Shown here: positions 50,445 to 62,971 of the stretch, piece after piece
Numbering within the stretch: position 1 is the stretch's first letter
Layout: every line of letters starts with the position of its first letter
Source of the DNA: Lama guanicoe
Taxonomy: Eukaryota
Assembly: GCA_013239625.1 (NCBI GenBank)
Contig: MU053629.1
Span: 1,329,567 to 1,393,566 of the forward strand
DNA: 64,000 bases
Reading direction: 5' to 3'
Translations under genes and position numbers: made by a program
Notes under the pieces: model-generated
Told to the model about the DNA's origin: nothing
Seen by the model: the letters and a program-made list of their open reading frames with translations, nothing else
Databases searched by the model: none

Positions 50445-52909
50445 CAGTGCTGTCCAACAGAAATAATTTATCCCATATGTAATTTATAATTTTCAAGTAG
50501 CCACATTAAAAAAGCAAAGAGAAATAGGTTAATTAATTTTAACTGTGTGTTTTATTTAGCCCAGTTATCCAAAGTATTATCATGTCAACATGGTAATTTA
50601 TATAGAATTATTAGAGATAGTGTTTGCATCTTTTTTTATGAGACCTTCAAAATCCAGTGTGTATTTTATACATACAGCGTGTCTCCATTCAGATGCTAAT
50701 TTTTCATCCAAAATGCTTGATCTGTATTTAGTCATTAAAATTGCATAAAAATTTAGATTACAAACACTATTAAAGTTTTTCCAATTAATGAATAAAGTAC
50801 CAGAAAACCCCATTTTCTTTAGTATTTGCATCTGTATTGACAAGACAAGATGTGACTCATCTTTTTAGAATAATTGATTTGACTCTGAAGCAAGAGCATA
50901 TCAGTTTCAAAACTATCTAAGTTGAGTAAATCCACTAACTCTTGTAACAACTCAGTATTATTGAATTCAGAGGGCGATTATGTAAACTGAAAATCACCTC
51001 TAAATTTACCCATATCGCAAAACATTCTTCAATTTTTTGTAGGTTCTGCAGCCAACTTAATGCTTTATCATTAAAATCTTATGCATATTTGTTCATGCTG
51101 AAGTGTGTAAAAATCATTATTGATTTGTATTATGAATAGTTTAAATTTTAACAAAAGTTCTAGTACCTGTCTGTCTAGGTCACAAACAAGCTTGCTCTCT
51201 CCTGGGATTTGTAAACTGAGCTCAGGCGTGTGCGTTGTGATCCAGGTGAGAAGATGTAAATCCCGCTGTGATGTTTTCTCTCTGTCAAATACTGGCAAGT
51301 GCGCCTTTGGTTTCAAGAAAATCTTGAAGTAGAGTTAACAGTACAGTGAACTTTTGTTAAATTCTTCCATGACTTCCAGTGAACATTGGCAGAGAACACA
51401 TAGTCATTAAATTCATCATCTTCTATTTCTTTTAACAGCTCCATAAACTGGTGATGATTTGTAGCATTTGTACGTATGTACTGAACGATTTTCATAACTG
51501 CATCCATAATAGTCTACTTCAGAGCACACATATTTTCAATATGTTAACATGCACTAGAGCAAATAAGGGAAATAATTCCAGTAAATCTGGGTTTTTGATC
51601 CCACATGTCTGTCTTTTTTCTTTTAATCTAGCTGAAAGTGACAGATGTAAAAGATTAAGAAATATTTATAGCATGCGATTGATTGTTTTTAAGGTTGCAA
51701 ATAGACAAAGATCTTTCAGTTTGGAAGTCATTTGAGACAAACACCCAAAGTATTAATTGGCCACCATTTCTTGTCTTGTAAAAGTCATCTAAAGCTAAAA
51801 ATAAAAATACGTAAAAATTTCAGATGTTGAACTGATTGATCTTACTAGAAAGGTCTTTTATTCACTGATAGTTGCTTGGTGGATCAATTGAAGATCTTTC
51901 ACTTTTTATAAAATAGCCTTTTTAATCTTGACCTCAAAATTTTAAACATAATTCCTTTAGCTAAAATAATAATTTATTGTTCCATCTTGCCATCTGAAAA
52001 TGATTTTCTTTCTTGAGTAAGAATTACAAGTGCAAATCCTAAAAATTACTAAGAAATTTTTTTATTATACATTTCATTCTGATTTCTTTGTGAAAAACTG
52101 CATTGATTATATTTTGACTTGTAGAGAGGCAACTTCTCATTAAATTACTATGCACTTGCTGAAAATGACTCAATATTGTCTACTTTATTATCTTAAAACT
52201 TTTTTCCACACGGCTTGGTAATTTTGCTCCTCTGTAGTAAGTTGTAATTGCCATTCTTCGTAAAATTTGTGATATACCTTCTCCACTTGATTCTGCCTCA
52301 TGAGTGTGCCTTCATTTGGAAGTGAAAAAAATTTTCATTCTTAATTTTTAAGCCAGAAGGATAATTTGATTATATTATAATTAAAACAAGTGTTTATTTA
52401 TTTTTTTTAATGCAGGCACTGGGGATTGAACCCAGAACCTTGTGCATGCTAAGCAGGCACTCTACCACCCCCCAAATAAGTATTTTAATTTAACTACCAA
52501 TTACAGTTTACATAGGTGTCCCTGTAACTCATGCTGTCTGCATAAGATACGCAAATAAACACATGGTGCTGCATTATTGCATAGAAAAATAACTCTGAGT
52601 CGTTCTGTTGACACAAACTAGACTGGTGATGCGCTTAGGTACGGTCCTAGAAATGACACATGCACCCACCGTGTGCACCGCAGTACATCTTACACTGTAT
52701 AATCATAAAAGTGAAATAAATACAGTATTACCAAAACCATGAAGTTGTATTTAATGGAGAAGTATTGTATACTGCTTCAGTTGTTAAGTAAAATTTTGTG
52801 TCAAGTAAAATGTTTAAATTCAGCTTCTCAGTTGCATCAGCCACGTTAGCACAGCTCTAGAGCCCAGAGCAACTTGCTTGAATGGTGACCATTCAGAGAG
52901 TGGGAGCAG
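50445..52909 (-). mobile_element. Near-full-length Charlie1-like hAT DNA transposon fossil with decayed transposase
   Basis: MER33/Charlie1-type end CAGTGCTGTCCAACAGAAA...; minus-strand peptides MDAVMKIVQYIRTNATNHHQFMELLKEIEDDEFNDYVFSANVHW (51313-51507) and KYRSSILDEKL (50598-50843) resemble hAT transposase core and dimerisation regions; degenerate opposite end at about 52815-52909. Confidence 0.8.
52396..52473 (-). mobile_element. tRNA-derived camelid-type SINE nested in the Charlie element
   Basis: CTGGGGATTGAACCCAGAACCTTGTGCATGCTAAGCAGGCACTCTACCAC; TSD AAACAAGTGTTT (52384-52395) / AAATAAGTATTT (52474-52485). Confidence 0.85.
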
Positions 52910-54758
52910 CTAGACCCGGTTAAGCCAGGTTAGTTCAGAATGGAGCAAGCCGTAAATAAATCTGTATTTCAATGTATGAAAATGTTACTTTAACAAATGT
53001 TAAAGCCTGAGTCCATGTCACACCAAAAAGAACTACTTTAATAAGGAAAATATTAGTTATTTCATATCATGTGAAACAATTCGTTTCTTAAAGCAGCCAT
53101 TTCTTGGTGGAGGTTAACGTTTCAATCAGCTACTCCAGCAGCATGTAAATACATGAGAGGTGATCTGTGTTTGATCTTAAACTGCCTTTCCCAGATGAAC
53201 ATTAGCATTTGGAATTGTTTTTGTTTTGAATACTGAACATTGTTTTAGCTGAAATACATGCATCTATTTATGCAAACATAACATAAAAACGTGAGCAGGA
53301 GTTAGAGTAACAGAGCAGTTTCATTCGTCAGTGACGCCTGGGGTTCCTGGAGGAAGCAAGTGCCTTAAGCCCAGGTTTACAGAGCAGACCTTACCCCCTT
53401 CACATTTATGCCGAGGGGAAGCAGGGAATTAAACCTTTTCAGTAATTTAATTCCTCTGTGTATTTGTCATAAAACTGATAAGGGGTTATTCTCCTGCCAT
53501 TGCTGGTATTTGACCATAGAGAAAGGGTCCAGGATGTAAAAGGCAGCTTTTGCTCTTCGTGGAAATGTTAGGGGTCGAGCACAGGCACTGGGAGAGCACG
53601 TCAGGGGTTCTTGATTGCCGGCGCAGGTAGGTAGTTAATGGGGAGAGGGGGTGTTGAGTAATTACATATATATTTTAGTTAAAGATTTCAAAAGCATTCA
53701 CAGTTTGACTCCTGTGAATAAAAGATGCAAGCTGTGCTTTTGTGGGTAATTTTTTAAAAATTGCTTTCCCTCATCCTCTTTTCAATTTTTTTTATAGACT
53801 GGTTTCGGGTATGTAAGAAATGTTTTTTGGATTCTGCTAGAGATGACCTAATTTTTACTAATTGCTATGCATTCAAAGTTTTGTTTGCTCAGAATGGCAG
53901 TGTTAGTGTCATTATTCTTCGGTAGTTACAATAAGTAGTTTTGTTCAAAGCTGCAGTATTGGTACTAGCTTGTAAGTTGTTTCTGTTAAGACTGGGCTTA
54001 TTTCAGGAAAAAAAAAGAATGCTGATGTACAAGTTGAAGTTACTATGTGTGATTCCTTATATTAATTGCTTATTGTCTTGTACAGATACACACACACACA
54101 CAGTATCAGTCTTAAAGAATACCTTAAATGTCTTTCTTCAAAGCGGTTGTCAGTTTCCTGAAAGATGTAGCCACTCTTTTACAGTTTTGTCTTCTAACAC
54201 TTCAGAATGAAAAGATGCATTCTTCTCAGCCATCTGAATTCAATTTATTTAAATTAAATTATGGGTAAAACGTATAGCTTTTCATTTTTTATCCAGCTAT
54301 CCCCACAGGTTAATTGTCTTTACCCTGCTTTTCACTTAAACCTCTCCCTCCCCGCAAACCCCCCATTAATTTGAGTTGGGAAGGATCACGTGATGTTAAA
54401 GCTTCAGGCTTCATGCTCCAGGAATAGGATTGGAGGTTTGTGTTTCATTTTCCGTGTATTACACACCACTAAAAAGAATATAACACATGTAGCAGCTTAT
54501 TTCATTTTTGAAAGAGGAATTGGAGAGCCTTTGAATAAAAATGTGAAAAGAAGTTAGTGTTCATTGCCTACCTGGCTTTTTGAAAAGGCTCTGAAAAAAC
54601 ATTCCATTGTGAGTTCCAAGTCCTCTTTCAACTCACCAGCGACAGTAACTGCCTGCAGAGCCGTGTGATCGTCTTGACAGCAGCCAGGCCTTTCAGTGAT
54701 TCCATTACTGTGGTTTCCGCAAGCTCTGTACACGCATTGATTAATGTTTTCCTTGCAG

Positions 54759-54842
54759 TTATCGCTGTGATGATTTTGTGGTCAATGACACCAAGCTGGG
54801 ACTGGTACAGAAAGTCAGAGAACACTTACAGAACTTGGAAAA
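54759..54842 (+). CDS. USP3: USP3 coding exon 4 (84 nt): YRCDDFVVNDTKLGLVQKVREHLQNLE
   Basis: Acceptor ttttccttgcag|, donor AAA|GTAAGT; completes the YCYxCDDFV end of the ZnF-UBP; phase 2-2. Confidence 0.97.
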
Positions 54843-57605
54843 GTAAGTAACAGGCCTTGGGAGAGAAGGGGCGGAATGGGATTGAGGGGTCTTGTAGAAT
54901 TTCTGAGCAGGATTTTTGTTTATGAGTTCTGTATTTCATCATGTTTTTAGTGTGATTGAAACGTGAATGACTCAAACCTCAGGTATGGATGTCTGAAAAT
55001 GCCCATGGTTCCTGATCATAGCTCAGCGTTCATGTCATTTAACGTTTATATCCATATCCGAGGGCTCCAGAGCCCATTTTCTCAGTTATCACCCCACCAA
55101 CCTGTCAGCTCCCCAGTTTATTTGCAAGGGGAATTTTGGGACTGCACGGGACGGGCAGAAAACAAAATAATCATTATAGAGTTTCCTTTGTTATTAGAAA
55201 AACCTTGTGAAATGTACTATGAGGTCTTCGTAGAAGCTCTGAAATTTATCATTTTTAAGGGAAATTAGGATGAATTACATTGTTCTTCACTTTGCATCAG
55301 TGTTACAGCACAGGATCCTACTTTCTTTCCCTTTTTTGGTAGGGACAGTATGTATCACTTGAAAGTACAGGAAGCTGTGAAATGCTTTGTCATCATAAGG
55401 AAGTTAAAGTACCTATGTGCATAGTTTTGTTTGTTTGTTTGTTTGTTTTTGCTATGGCTAAATCGGTTAGTCACAGAAAACCCACTGGACCCAAAATTCA
55501 AGCAGTAACAAAAGCCCCAGTAGCTGTGGTCTTTGAAGCTGCAGTGGATAAAAGCATGGCCTAGAATGACCACTGAGTCAGGTGGAATTTGTGTAATTCA
55601 CTCCTAATTGTCAGGTGCCATCTGATTTATTTGGACACTGTTGTGAGATCACACCAGAAGTGAGGTCCCTTAGCAAACTTAAATGCAAAGCCAATAGAGT
55701 ATTTTGAAATTGCATACTGAGGGGGAATAACCCAAGTTCTTTGCATGAAACACTGTTCAGCATTGGTTAGCCAAAGTCTCTTGCATGTCTCCACCAGATA
55801 GGTTATAAGCTGATAAAGAAAGAACAATTGATTCTTTAAAAGTCTCAACCCGTTAGAACACTTTGGGTTTAAGTACTTTTTGGCTTGTCATCTTGTGTCT
55901 CCTCTCTTTTTCAAAGAGCCTCCTCCCTTCTTTTAATTTGAACAAAGCAGCAGGAGCCCTGTCTGGAATCAGAGTCACAGATAAAGATGCACAGATCCAA
56001 TACACTGCATTTCGTCTCAGATTGTCACAGTTACCTGCAAAGTAGGAGACTCCTGCAGTAATTTATGTAACATCACTCTCCGATGTGGTGATGTGGTAAA
56101 GATCTCACTAACCTGATTCTTTGTTAGAGGAGTGGGTAACTACGAGGTTATTTTTTCCTGCCACTTAGAATTTTCTCTAAGAAAAGGCTGCCATCTCAAT
56201 GCCAGATAACTTCCTTAGAACTAAGTCAAACAGAAAACAGGACATTCGGGAACCTGCTTGCATTTATGCAGTTATCAGATCTTTTATTGCCATCGATGAC
56301 GTCACCGGGTAAAAGATGTCACCGATCGCCTCGTCTACACTTCTACTTGGCCCCACTGGAAAAAAATCTACCTGCAGTCCTTTTCCTATGTCAAGGAACA
56401 TTACCTAGGTTTACTTTTATGTTTTTCAAATGCAAATTCAAATGGATCTGAAGGATTCTGCCCTTTTGAGAATCACTGATGGTAAAATTTAATAACTTTT
56501 CGAAAAGCTAAATGCTTTATTTATATAAGTTGAAACTGAAAGTCAACTATCAGGCATTGTCACTAAGTAGTATATACACAGTGCTTGTGACTCAGCTTCT
56601 TTACTGGCAGGATTTGTGAGGAAGTAAGTTAGCATCACAGTCCATGGGGTTGATCTTGTCTTGTCTTGTAGTCACCAGGGCACTGAGGGACACACACACA
56701 GTTCTGAAGACTTGTTTCCTAAGAATATTTTTAGATTTGAAGCAACTGACTGTCACTAGTATCTGATGCTCCAAAGACATTGTAGTTCCTGTGGAAATTC
56801 TGGAAAGAAAAATAATTATGTATTTACTCTGAATTAGCCTGGCACTTTTGGAATACAGGAAGGAGTTGGTAGACTTAAAAGTGTGTGTTGTTTAATAGTA
56901 GTTTTTACTTCCTTTAGATCAGTTCTCCTAATACGTAATAATTTGAAAGTGATGCTTTGAAGATAGGAATCACTTTCTGGTAAATTTCAAACAAAATCTC
57001 TTTCATCAAGAAAAATTAAATAATTTAAATTCAGGACTTATGTGCTAATTAGGATTTCTTTTAGAATATGCTTTGTACCATAGCTGAGTCAAATGAATTT
57101 ATATATGCCTATGACTTATTTATCATTCTGCAGACTCAGTATATCATCATCTATTACAACATATGAACAAAACATGATCCCTTTATTAAACTTAAGAAAG
57201 AAGTAGCATAGTGTCTGAGACTTGGTGTTAACTCTCAGAATAATCGTGTCAGACCAGGGCTGTCCTTTTGTTACAAGGAAGGCCTGTGCTCCTGTTGGAA
57301 GCTTCACCATCATTTAGATAGAGTGGTGGCGGCGAGGGACTGTCTCACTGGCCACGTGTACCTGGCCAGCTTTTCTGGGAAGCTCCTGCTGGAGGAGCAG
57401 CGGGGATTTCCAGGAAAGTGGAGCTCCTGCGTTACTTGAAATCCTTGTGGGCCGCAGTGGGCCCAACGCGTCCCTTCCTGGCCTGTCTGAGCAGCCAGGC
57501 TCCGCACCCTGGACGCTTCAAACAGCCACGCTTATTCTTTACCTTGTTGTGGAGTGTGTCTGTACTAATGTCTTTTTGACCATCTGTCTCTTTGTGTTTT
57601 AATAG

Positions 57606-57687
57606 CTCAGCTTTCGCAGCTGACAGGCATAGGAAAAGAAAACTTTTGGAAAACTCATCACTAAACAGCAAGTTATTGAAAGTAAAT
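57606..57687 (+). CDS. USP3: USP3 coding exon 5 (82 nt): NSAFAADRHRKRKLLENSSLNSKLLKVN (basic NLS-like RKRK)
   Basis: Acceptor tttgtgttttaatag|, donor AAT|GTAAGT; cumulative CDS 450 nt (phase 0). Confidence 0.96.
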
Positions 57688-58887
57688 GTAAGTAATTAAA
57701 ATTTATTCAGCTGTAAGAATTGGTTGAGATCTAGTCACTGTTTGATTACAGTTCTAACATTAATGTTGCCCCTTGTAAACTTTTGTAACTGCATGCCTTG
57801 GACTTGGATTATTTTACGAAATGTTTGCCACTTGTACTAATGATCCTTCATGCTACTCAGTTCCCCAGGGGGTCCGTCTGTCAGTGCCTTCCCTCTGTCA
57901 GGACTGCTGCCCTGCTCCTCCGCCTTAGCAAGCGTTTGTTCTTCACGCTTACTCGGCTGCCTTGTTACTCCGTTTCTGTAGGACCCCAGAGTTCTTGCTT
58001 CCTTCTGTTTAAGGTCCCCAGTGCAAACTCCAGGGGTCTGAAGTTTGGGTATGTTTTCTTTCTTAGGACTGCATTAATACAGTTTCACCATAAAAGAATA
58101 TGCTTTCTCATTCTGATATGCAGCTGTTACCAGATGTATGAGCCATGAATGGAGTAACAAAATGTAAAGATCACTAAATATTTCTAAATACAACAGTAAT
58201 TTCAACCTGCATCTACCCTTGTGCTGTCACGCTAGCTATGTTTATACACACACTTAGCTAAAGTGTTACAACTTTGTGGAAGAAAGCTGACATGACGCTT
58301 TGGCTTGGATTGGTAGATTGACTTCCCACGTGTAGTATTCAGACATCGTGGTGCATTTGTACAGCTAATCAGAAAACTAAACCTTAGTCTTTAAGGGAAG
58401 TCCAGGTGGTGTTTTAAGATTGGTGTTCCATTGCTAGGAAAACATGTATTAATTATTTCCGTGGCTTAGAATTAAAAGTTGGGGGACAGAAATACTTGAG
58501 ATGTACATATTTATACTTTTTCTGATTTGTAGTAGCTTTAATAGAATCTTATACAAGTATTAAGTCCTAAACGTATTTCTTTGAAGGACCTGCCTGGTTT
58601 CTGCAATGTGTACTCCACAGTAGTTAGTAATGCCGATCTCTCATAAGCTTCCATAAGATACTCCCATTTAGAACAGTTCTAGGATCAGAAACAGCCTTCT
58701 AAAAATATCCAGACACTTATACAGAGAATAGAAAAGGAATTTGAAATACTCGCTGGGCAGAAAAGAATCAGTTCCAAGCTGGCTGGATGCTAGAGTTTCA
58801 AGTCCAGCCCTTCGCTCCGCTTTGATGTTCGGAACAGTTGGCCTTCTCTTGGCGTTCCTGATGGCTGCCTCTTGTTCCATTTTACAG

Positions 58888-58970
58888 GGAAGCACCACTG
58901 CCATCTGTGCCACAGGCCTGCGGAATTTGGGGAACACGTGTTTCATGAATGCCATCCTTCAGTCCCTCAG
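58888..58970 (+). CDS. USP3: USP3 coding exon 6 (83 nt): GSTTAICATGLRNLGNTCFMNAILQSL, USP Cys box with catalytic Cys (codon 168, TGT at 58939-58941)
   Basis: Acceptor ttccattttacag|, donor CAG|GTAATG; canonical GLxNLGNTCFMNAILQ Cys-box motif. Confidence 0.98.
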
Positions 58971-59009
58971 GTAATGTTACAGCCAGAGCCTAAGTACCTG
59001 ACATCAGTT

Positions 59010-59235
59010 TCGAGTGGAACGGTTAAGAGCAAAGGCAGTGGGTTCCGATCCTGTCTCTGCCACTAACTCTAGGAACTTGGGGCAGGTACCCCAGCTCCCT
59101 GTGCCTTGCTTTTCTCATCAGTGGAACGGGGGATAGTAGTGAACCTCACAGGGTGGTTGGGAAGCTATTACACAATTTGTACAAAGTGCTTAGAACAGTG
59201 CCTGGCAGCTAATAACTGTTAGCTGTTATTATTAT
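59010..59235 (+). mobile_element. MIR SINE (representative; other MIR pieces at about 1540-1790, 6170-6330, 9090-9210, 27060-27300, 39770-39950)
   Basis: GGTTAAGAGC..GGGTTCCGATCCTGTCTCTGCCACT..CTGTGCCTTGCTTTTCTCATC..AAAGTGCTTAGAACAGTGCCTGGC. Confidence 0.8.
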
Positions 59236-59269
59236 TTGGTTCCTGTTGCTTCTCGAATAGGGTTGAGCA

Positions 59270-59464
59270 CAGGCCTGCAAACATCTGTAAAAGGCCAGGT
59301 TAAATACATCTTTTTAAGCTTTGCATGCCACATCCAGTCTCCTCCCTTCAGCAGCCCCTCCGTTTTACACAACTCTTCAGAAATATAGAAGCCACTTTAA
59401 AAATGTAAAAGCTCACTGGTGCAGGGCCAGATTTGTCCCGTGGGCCACAGCTTGCAGACTCCTG
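59270..59464. mobile_element. MER58-like hAT-Charlie MITE
   Basis: TIRs CAGGCCTGCAAAC ... GCTTGCAGACTCCTG; internal TCTGTAAAAGGCCAG and GGGCCAGATTTGTCCCGTGGGCC. Confidence 0.7.
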
Positions 59465-60190
59465 GGCTATAAGGAACCTTGTTCAGAGAACTTGGTTCAA
59501 TGATTCATTCTTAAGTATGGTCATAAGATCAGAGGTTTAGAAGATCTTGAAAATGTAAGATGAGCAGTAAAAATAAAACTGACAACAAGGCTGACCTGGT
59601 ACATAAAAGAAGTTATTTTGAAAGTTGTGTACTTTTAGATTTTTAATGTGGCATCAAAGACCAGAATAAATTATATTTTCCCAAGGCCACCTTGGTAATG
59701 AGGAGCAGAAGCCGAGTTCAATCTCTCCTTAAAGGTACTGACCTTTACTAGGTACTGACTTGCCTAGTCTTGCTCAAGGAAGAAGTTCTAGTCACTGCTG
59801 AATTCTCCTGGTGACTCTGTGGGGCGTATTTAAACAGCGTGGTTTGTGTCATGATTTGTTTTTATTTGAGGAAATTATTGAACGCTTGGGAGCAAACACC
59901 CTTAAAAGAAACGACCGCAATCTATAGATTGTGGGTGCGGGGAGGAGAGGGGCTTGGGGATTTTTTGAACAGAGGTTTTGCTCTGAGGTCTTTATTTCTG
60001 CAAAGTCATCTGCTTCTATTGTTTCCTTGGAGTAAATGAGGAGACTTAGTGAAGAGACTGCACTGAGGTACAGTTCTAATGAGAAATTGAAAGGTGACAT
60101 TTTCAAAGTCCGTATGTAGGTCTCAGAGTACTTTCTTCACAGTCTTAGTACATTAAAAAAAATAATTTTCTTCCCTTCCTTTTAAAATAG

Positions 60191-60304
60191 TAACATTGAG
60201 CAGTTTTGCTGTTATTTCAAAGAACTGCCCGCCGTGGAGTTAAGGAATGGGAAGACAGCAGGAAGGCGGACGTACCACACCAGGAGCCAGGGGGACAACA
60301 ACGT
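60191..60304 (+). CDS. USP3: USP3 coding exon 7 (114 nt): SNIEQFCCYFKELPAVELRNGKTAGRRTYHTRSQGDNN
   Basis: Acceptor ttcccttccttttaaaatag|, donor CGT|GTGAGT; open frame continuing from exon 6. Confidence 0.96.
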
Positions 60305-61729
60305 GTGAGTCTAAGAATGTGTCCTTTCTGGCTTTGAGCTGCTGAGCAAATGGCCCTTACTGGTGATTTCCATTGCATTATGCGAGTTAATAGGCACATG
60401 CATTTCAAAAACAGCCTCTTCTTCTAAAAATTGCATGTAAGTATCTAGCTGGCAGTCTTAATAATTATTGGGATTCTTTTGTGTCTATTTACCTAATAGG
60501 CAGGATAAATTTAGTACTCTGTCTACCTGCTGGGTCTGTGGATTTGGACATTCTAAAAGTGACGTGTGTATGAAATACAGTTATGGGTGTAGACCAGCAT
60601 GAGTATCATTAGGCTTTGTGAATTGATTTGTCTGATAAGGTTAGGTAAACTGGTCTTGGATAATTAAATTAATTTGTAGTTACCAAATTACTTGCGGGGG
60701 CAGTACAGTCAATTTTTATGTGAAGTGGAAGGGAAAAAAATTGACAATTGAACCAAACCAATATGCATTCAAATTCAGTGCAGCCATGTCCTCGTTTGGG
60801 TTTAAAGATGCATCATATTATGAAAGCCTTGATGGCTGAGGGGGAACAGGAGACCGTGCTAGAACAGTGTGCAGCACGGAGCGCGCAGCAGGCCAGGGTG
60901 GGCGGGAACCCCCACGCCGGGCACGGGAGCAGGGAGGGCGTGATCTCACTGGAAGCGCTGTGTCAGGAGCTTACTTCAGTAGCAGCACGTGGATGAGCTG
61001 GAGCGTGCTGTGTTCCAGGAGACTTCACACTTTAGAGTAATTGGTTAGAGGAAACGGTGAAATGACAAGGAAGAACTACACGTGCACAGAAGTTCGGGAA
61101 GAATTAGGAGCACTCGATGCATTAGCGTCGTTTAGGGTGTAGTTACACATTGCAGAAGTTGCCTCTGGCCATCTTCGGCAGAAAAGGAATGTCCGGAAAG
61201 CGTGTTGGTGAGCTCACCGTTACTGGATGGGTAGAAAATCGGGTCTGGAGTCCAGGCCTGCATAAGGATGTCTCATCAGGACCCCTGCCCAGGGCCGCAG
61301 CGGAGGTCCCACTGCCCGCACGGCTGGAGTTGGGTGCCGGCTGGATGCTGTCACTGCTGTCCCTGCCCTCCCGATGGTGCTCTTGGCCACCAGGAAGGAT
61401 TTGGCACTGTCTCGGCTTCTTTGCATCACTAACTCCTGCTTCACAGAGGCAGAACCCAGGCCACGTGCCCAAGTCCTGGCTGCCAGGGGTGCTGAGAAAG
61501 CAAGTATCTGGCCTTTGCAGCTTCCATAGTGGGAGGCAGGCTCGGACTCCCACAAGACCCTTCAGGTGGGGCTCCTCAAACACAGGAAGAGGGTTCAGGG
61601 GCTGGGAAGTAAGAGACACGAACCTGTTGGATGACGGGGGTTGAGAAAGAAGATGCCGAGATCCTCGGAGGCATCGGGCAGGTGTCCGTGAGTATGGCAG
61701 CTGAAGTGACAGACACGGTCTGAAGTGGA

Positions 61730-62110
61730 CGTTTATCAGTTGACCTCCGTGCACAGAAAACCAAGACTGACAGTGACTTCAACATTCGTGGTTTATTTTC
61801 TCATGTCAAGTTGGAGGTTATCCATCTAGGTTTATTTCACACGACCATCAGGCTCCTTCTGGCGCTCTGCTGCACTCTCCCTGGGGTGAGGCTCTCATCC
61901 AGAGTCCAGGGTGATGCTGGAGCAGCAGCATTTCGTCCTCATTCTAGCTAGAAGGAAGAAGGAAGGGCTTAACAAGAAGGGCTACTCTTTCTCTTTAAGG
62001 AAATTTCTCAGAAGTTGGACACGTTCAAAGGAGAAAATGGAAGTTGTATTCCTGTGAGAGAAGGGGCGATCGGATATAGAGGGACAGCAGGGAGGATGCA
62101 GACAGCAGGT
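61730..62110. mobile_element. MaLR MLT1-type LTR fragment
   Basis: ACAGAAAACC..ACAGTGACTTCAACA..GGTTTATTTTCTCATG and CTTTAAGGAAATTTCTCAGAAGTTG motifs, from recall. Confidence 0.5.
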
Positions 62111-62702
62111 TTAGTGCACACTGCTTCTCAAGAGACAAGAGGACATGCAGTAGAGAATTCCTGTTGGAACTGGGAGACTCCTGAATCAAAGCGGTGACGA
62201 AAAAATCTGGCTTTCAGATTTGGCTTTGAGAGTCATTGGTATAAACTTGAATGTTGATCCTTGAGTCCAGATGAACTCTCTGAGGCAGAGATGAGCAGAT
62301 GGTCACACACTGAGGTCTGGGAAGTGCTCCTAGTGAGGGCTAAGAAGGAAAAATGCAGGAGACGGAGAAAGAGATTCTGTTCCTTATTTTAAGTTTTTTA
62401 AAATGAACATTCTTAACTAATTGGTTTGTAACCTACCCATTGCTTTATTCTACAAGTATGACAGTACTTGGCACACTCAGAGTTCACTATGTGTTAAAAA
62501 ACTAGTTTTGTCAGTAATTACTGCTGTTTATGTGGGTTTTTGAGATGCTATTACTTAACTCTCAGACTTAGTTCAGAAGAGACCACACCCTTTTTATGTC
62601 TTCATTTTTTTATTATGAATTTTAGACAATTGAACATTGTGTATTGAAATACTAGCCTCTCACTGAATGCCAAGAGTCCCATCATCCCTTGCTCTTTTCC
62701 AG

Positions 62703-62816
62703 GTCTTTGGTGGAAGAGTTTAGAAAGACACTGTGTGCTTTATGGCAAGGTAGCCAGACTGCATTCAGCCCAGAGTCCTTATTTTACGTTGTTTGGAAGA
62801 TTATGCCGAATTTTAG
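62703..62816 (+). CDS. USP3: USP3 coding exon 8 (114 nt): VSLVEEFRKTLCALWQGSQTAFSPESLFYVVWKIMPNF; gene continues beyond window
   Basis: Acceptor ttgctcttttccag|, donor TAG|GTAAGT; leads into the F-x-G-Y-x-Q-Q-D-A motif expected in the next exon. Confidence 0.96.
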
Positions 62817-62971
62817 GTAAGTATTATTTAATGAAGGCTATTTGAAATATTAATACTAGTCCTTACCCTGTTCCTGAGACGATTTTCAACAAAGTGGTGG
62901 TATTCTAAACAATAAAGGCTAGTATTTGTTGGTTTTTTTTTGGGGGGTGGGTTGGACCTTTTTTTAAAAAA

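Noticed and set aside
61143..61754. 203-aa and 164-aa ORFs in GC-richer part of intron 7
   Set aside because: No recognisable homology or splice support; USP3 exons 7 and 8 join in frame without them.
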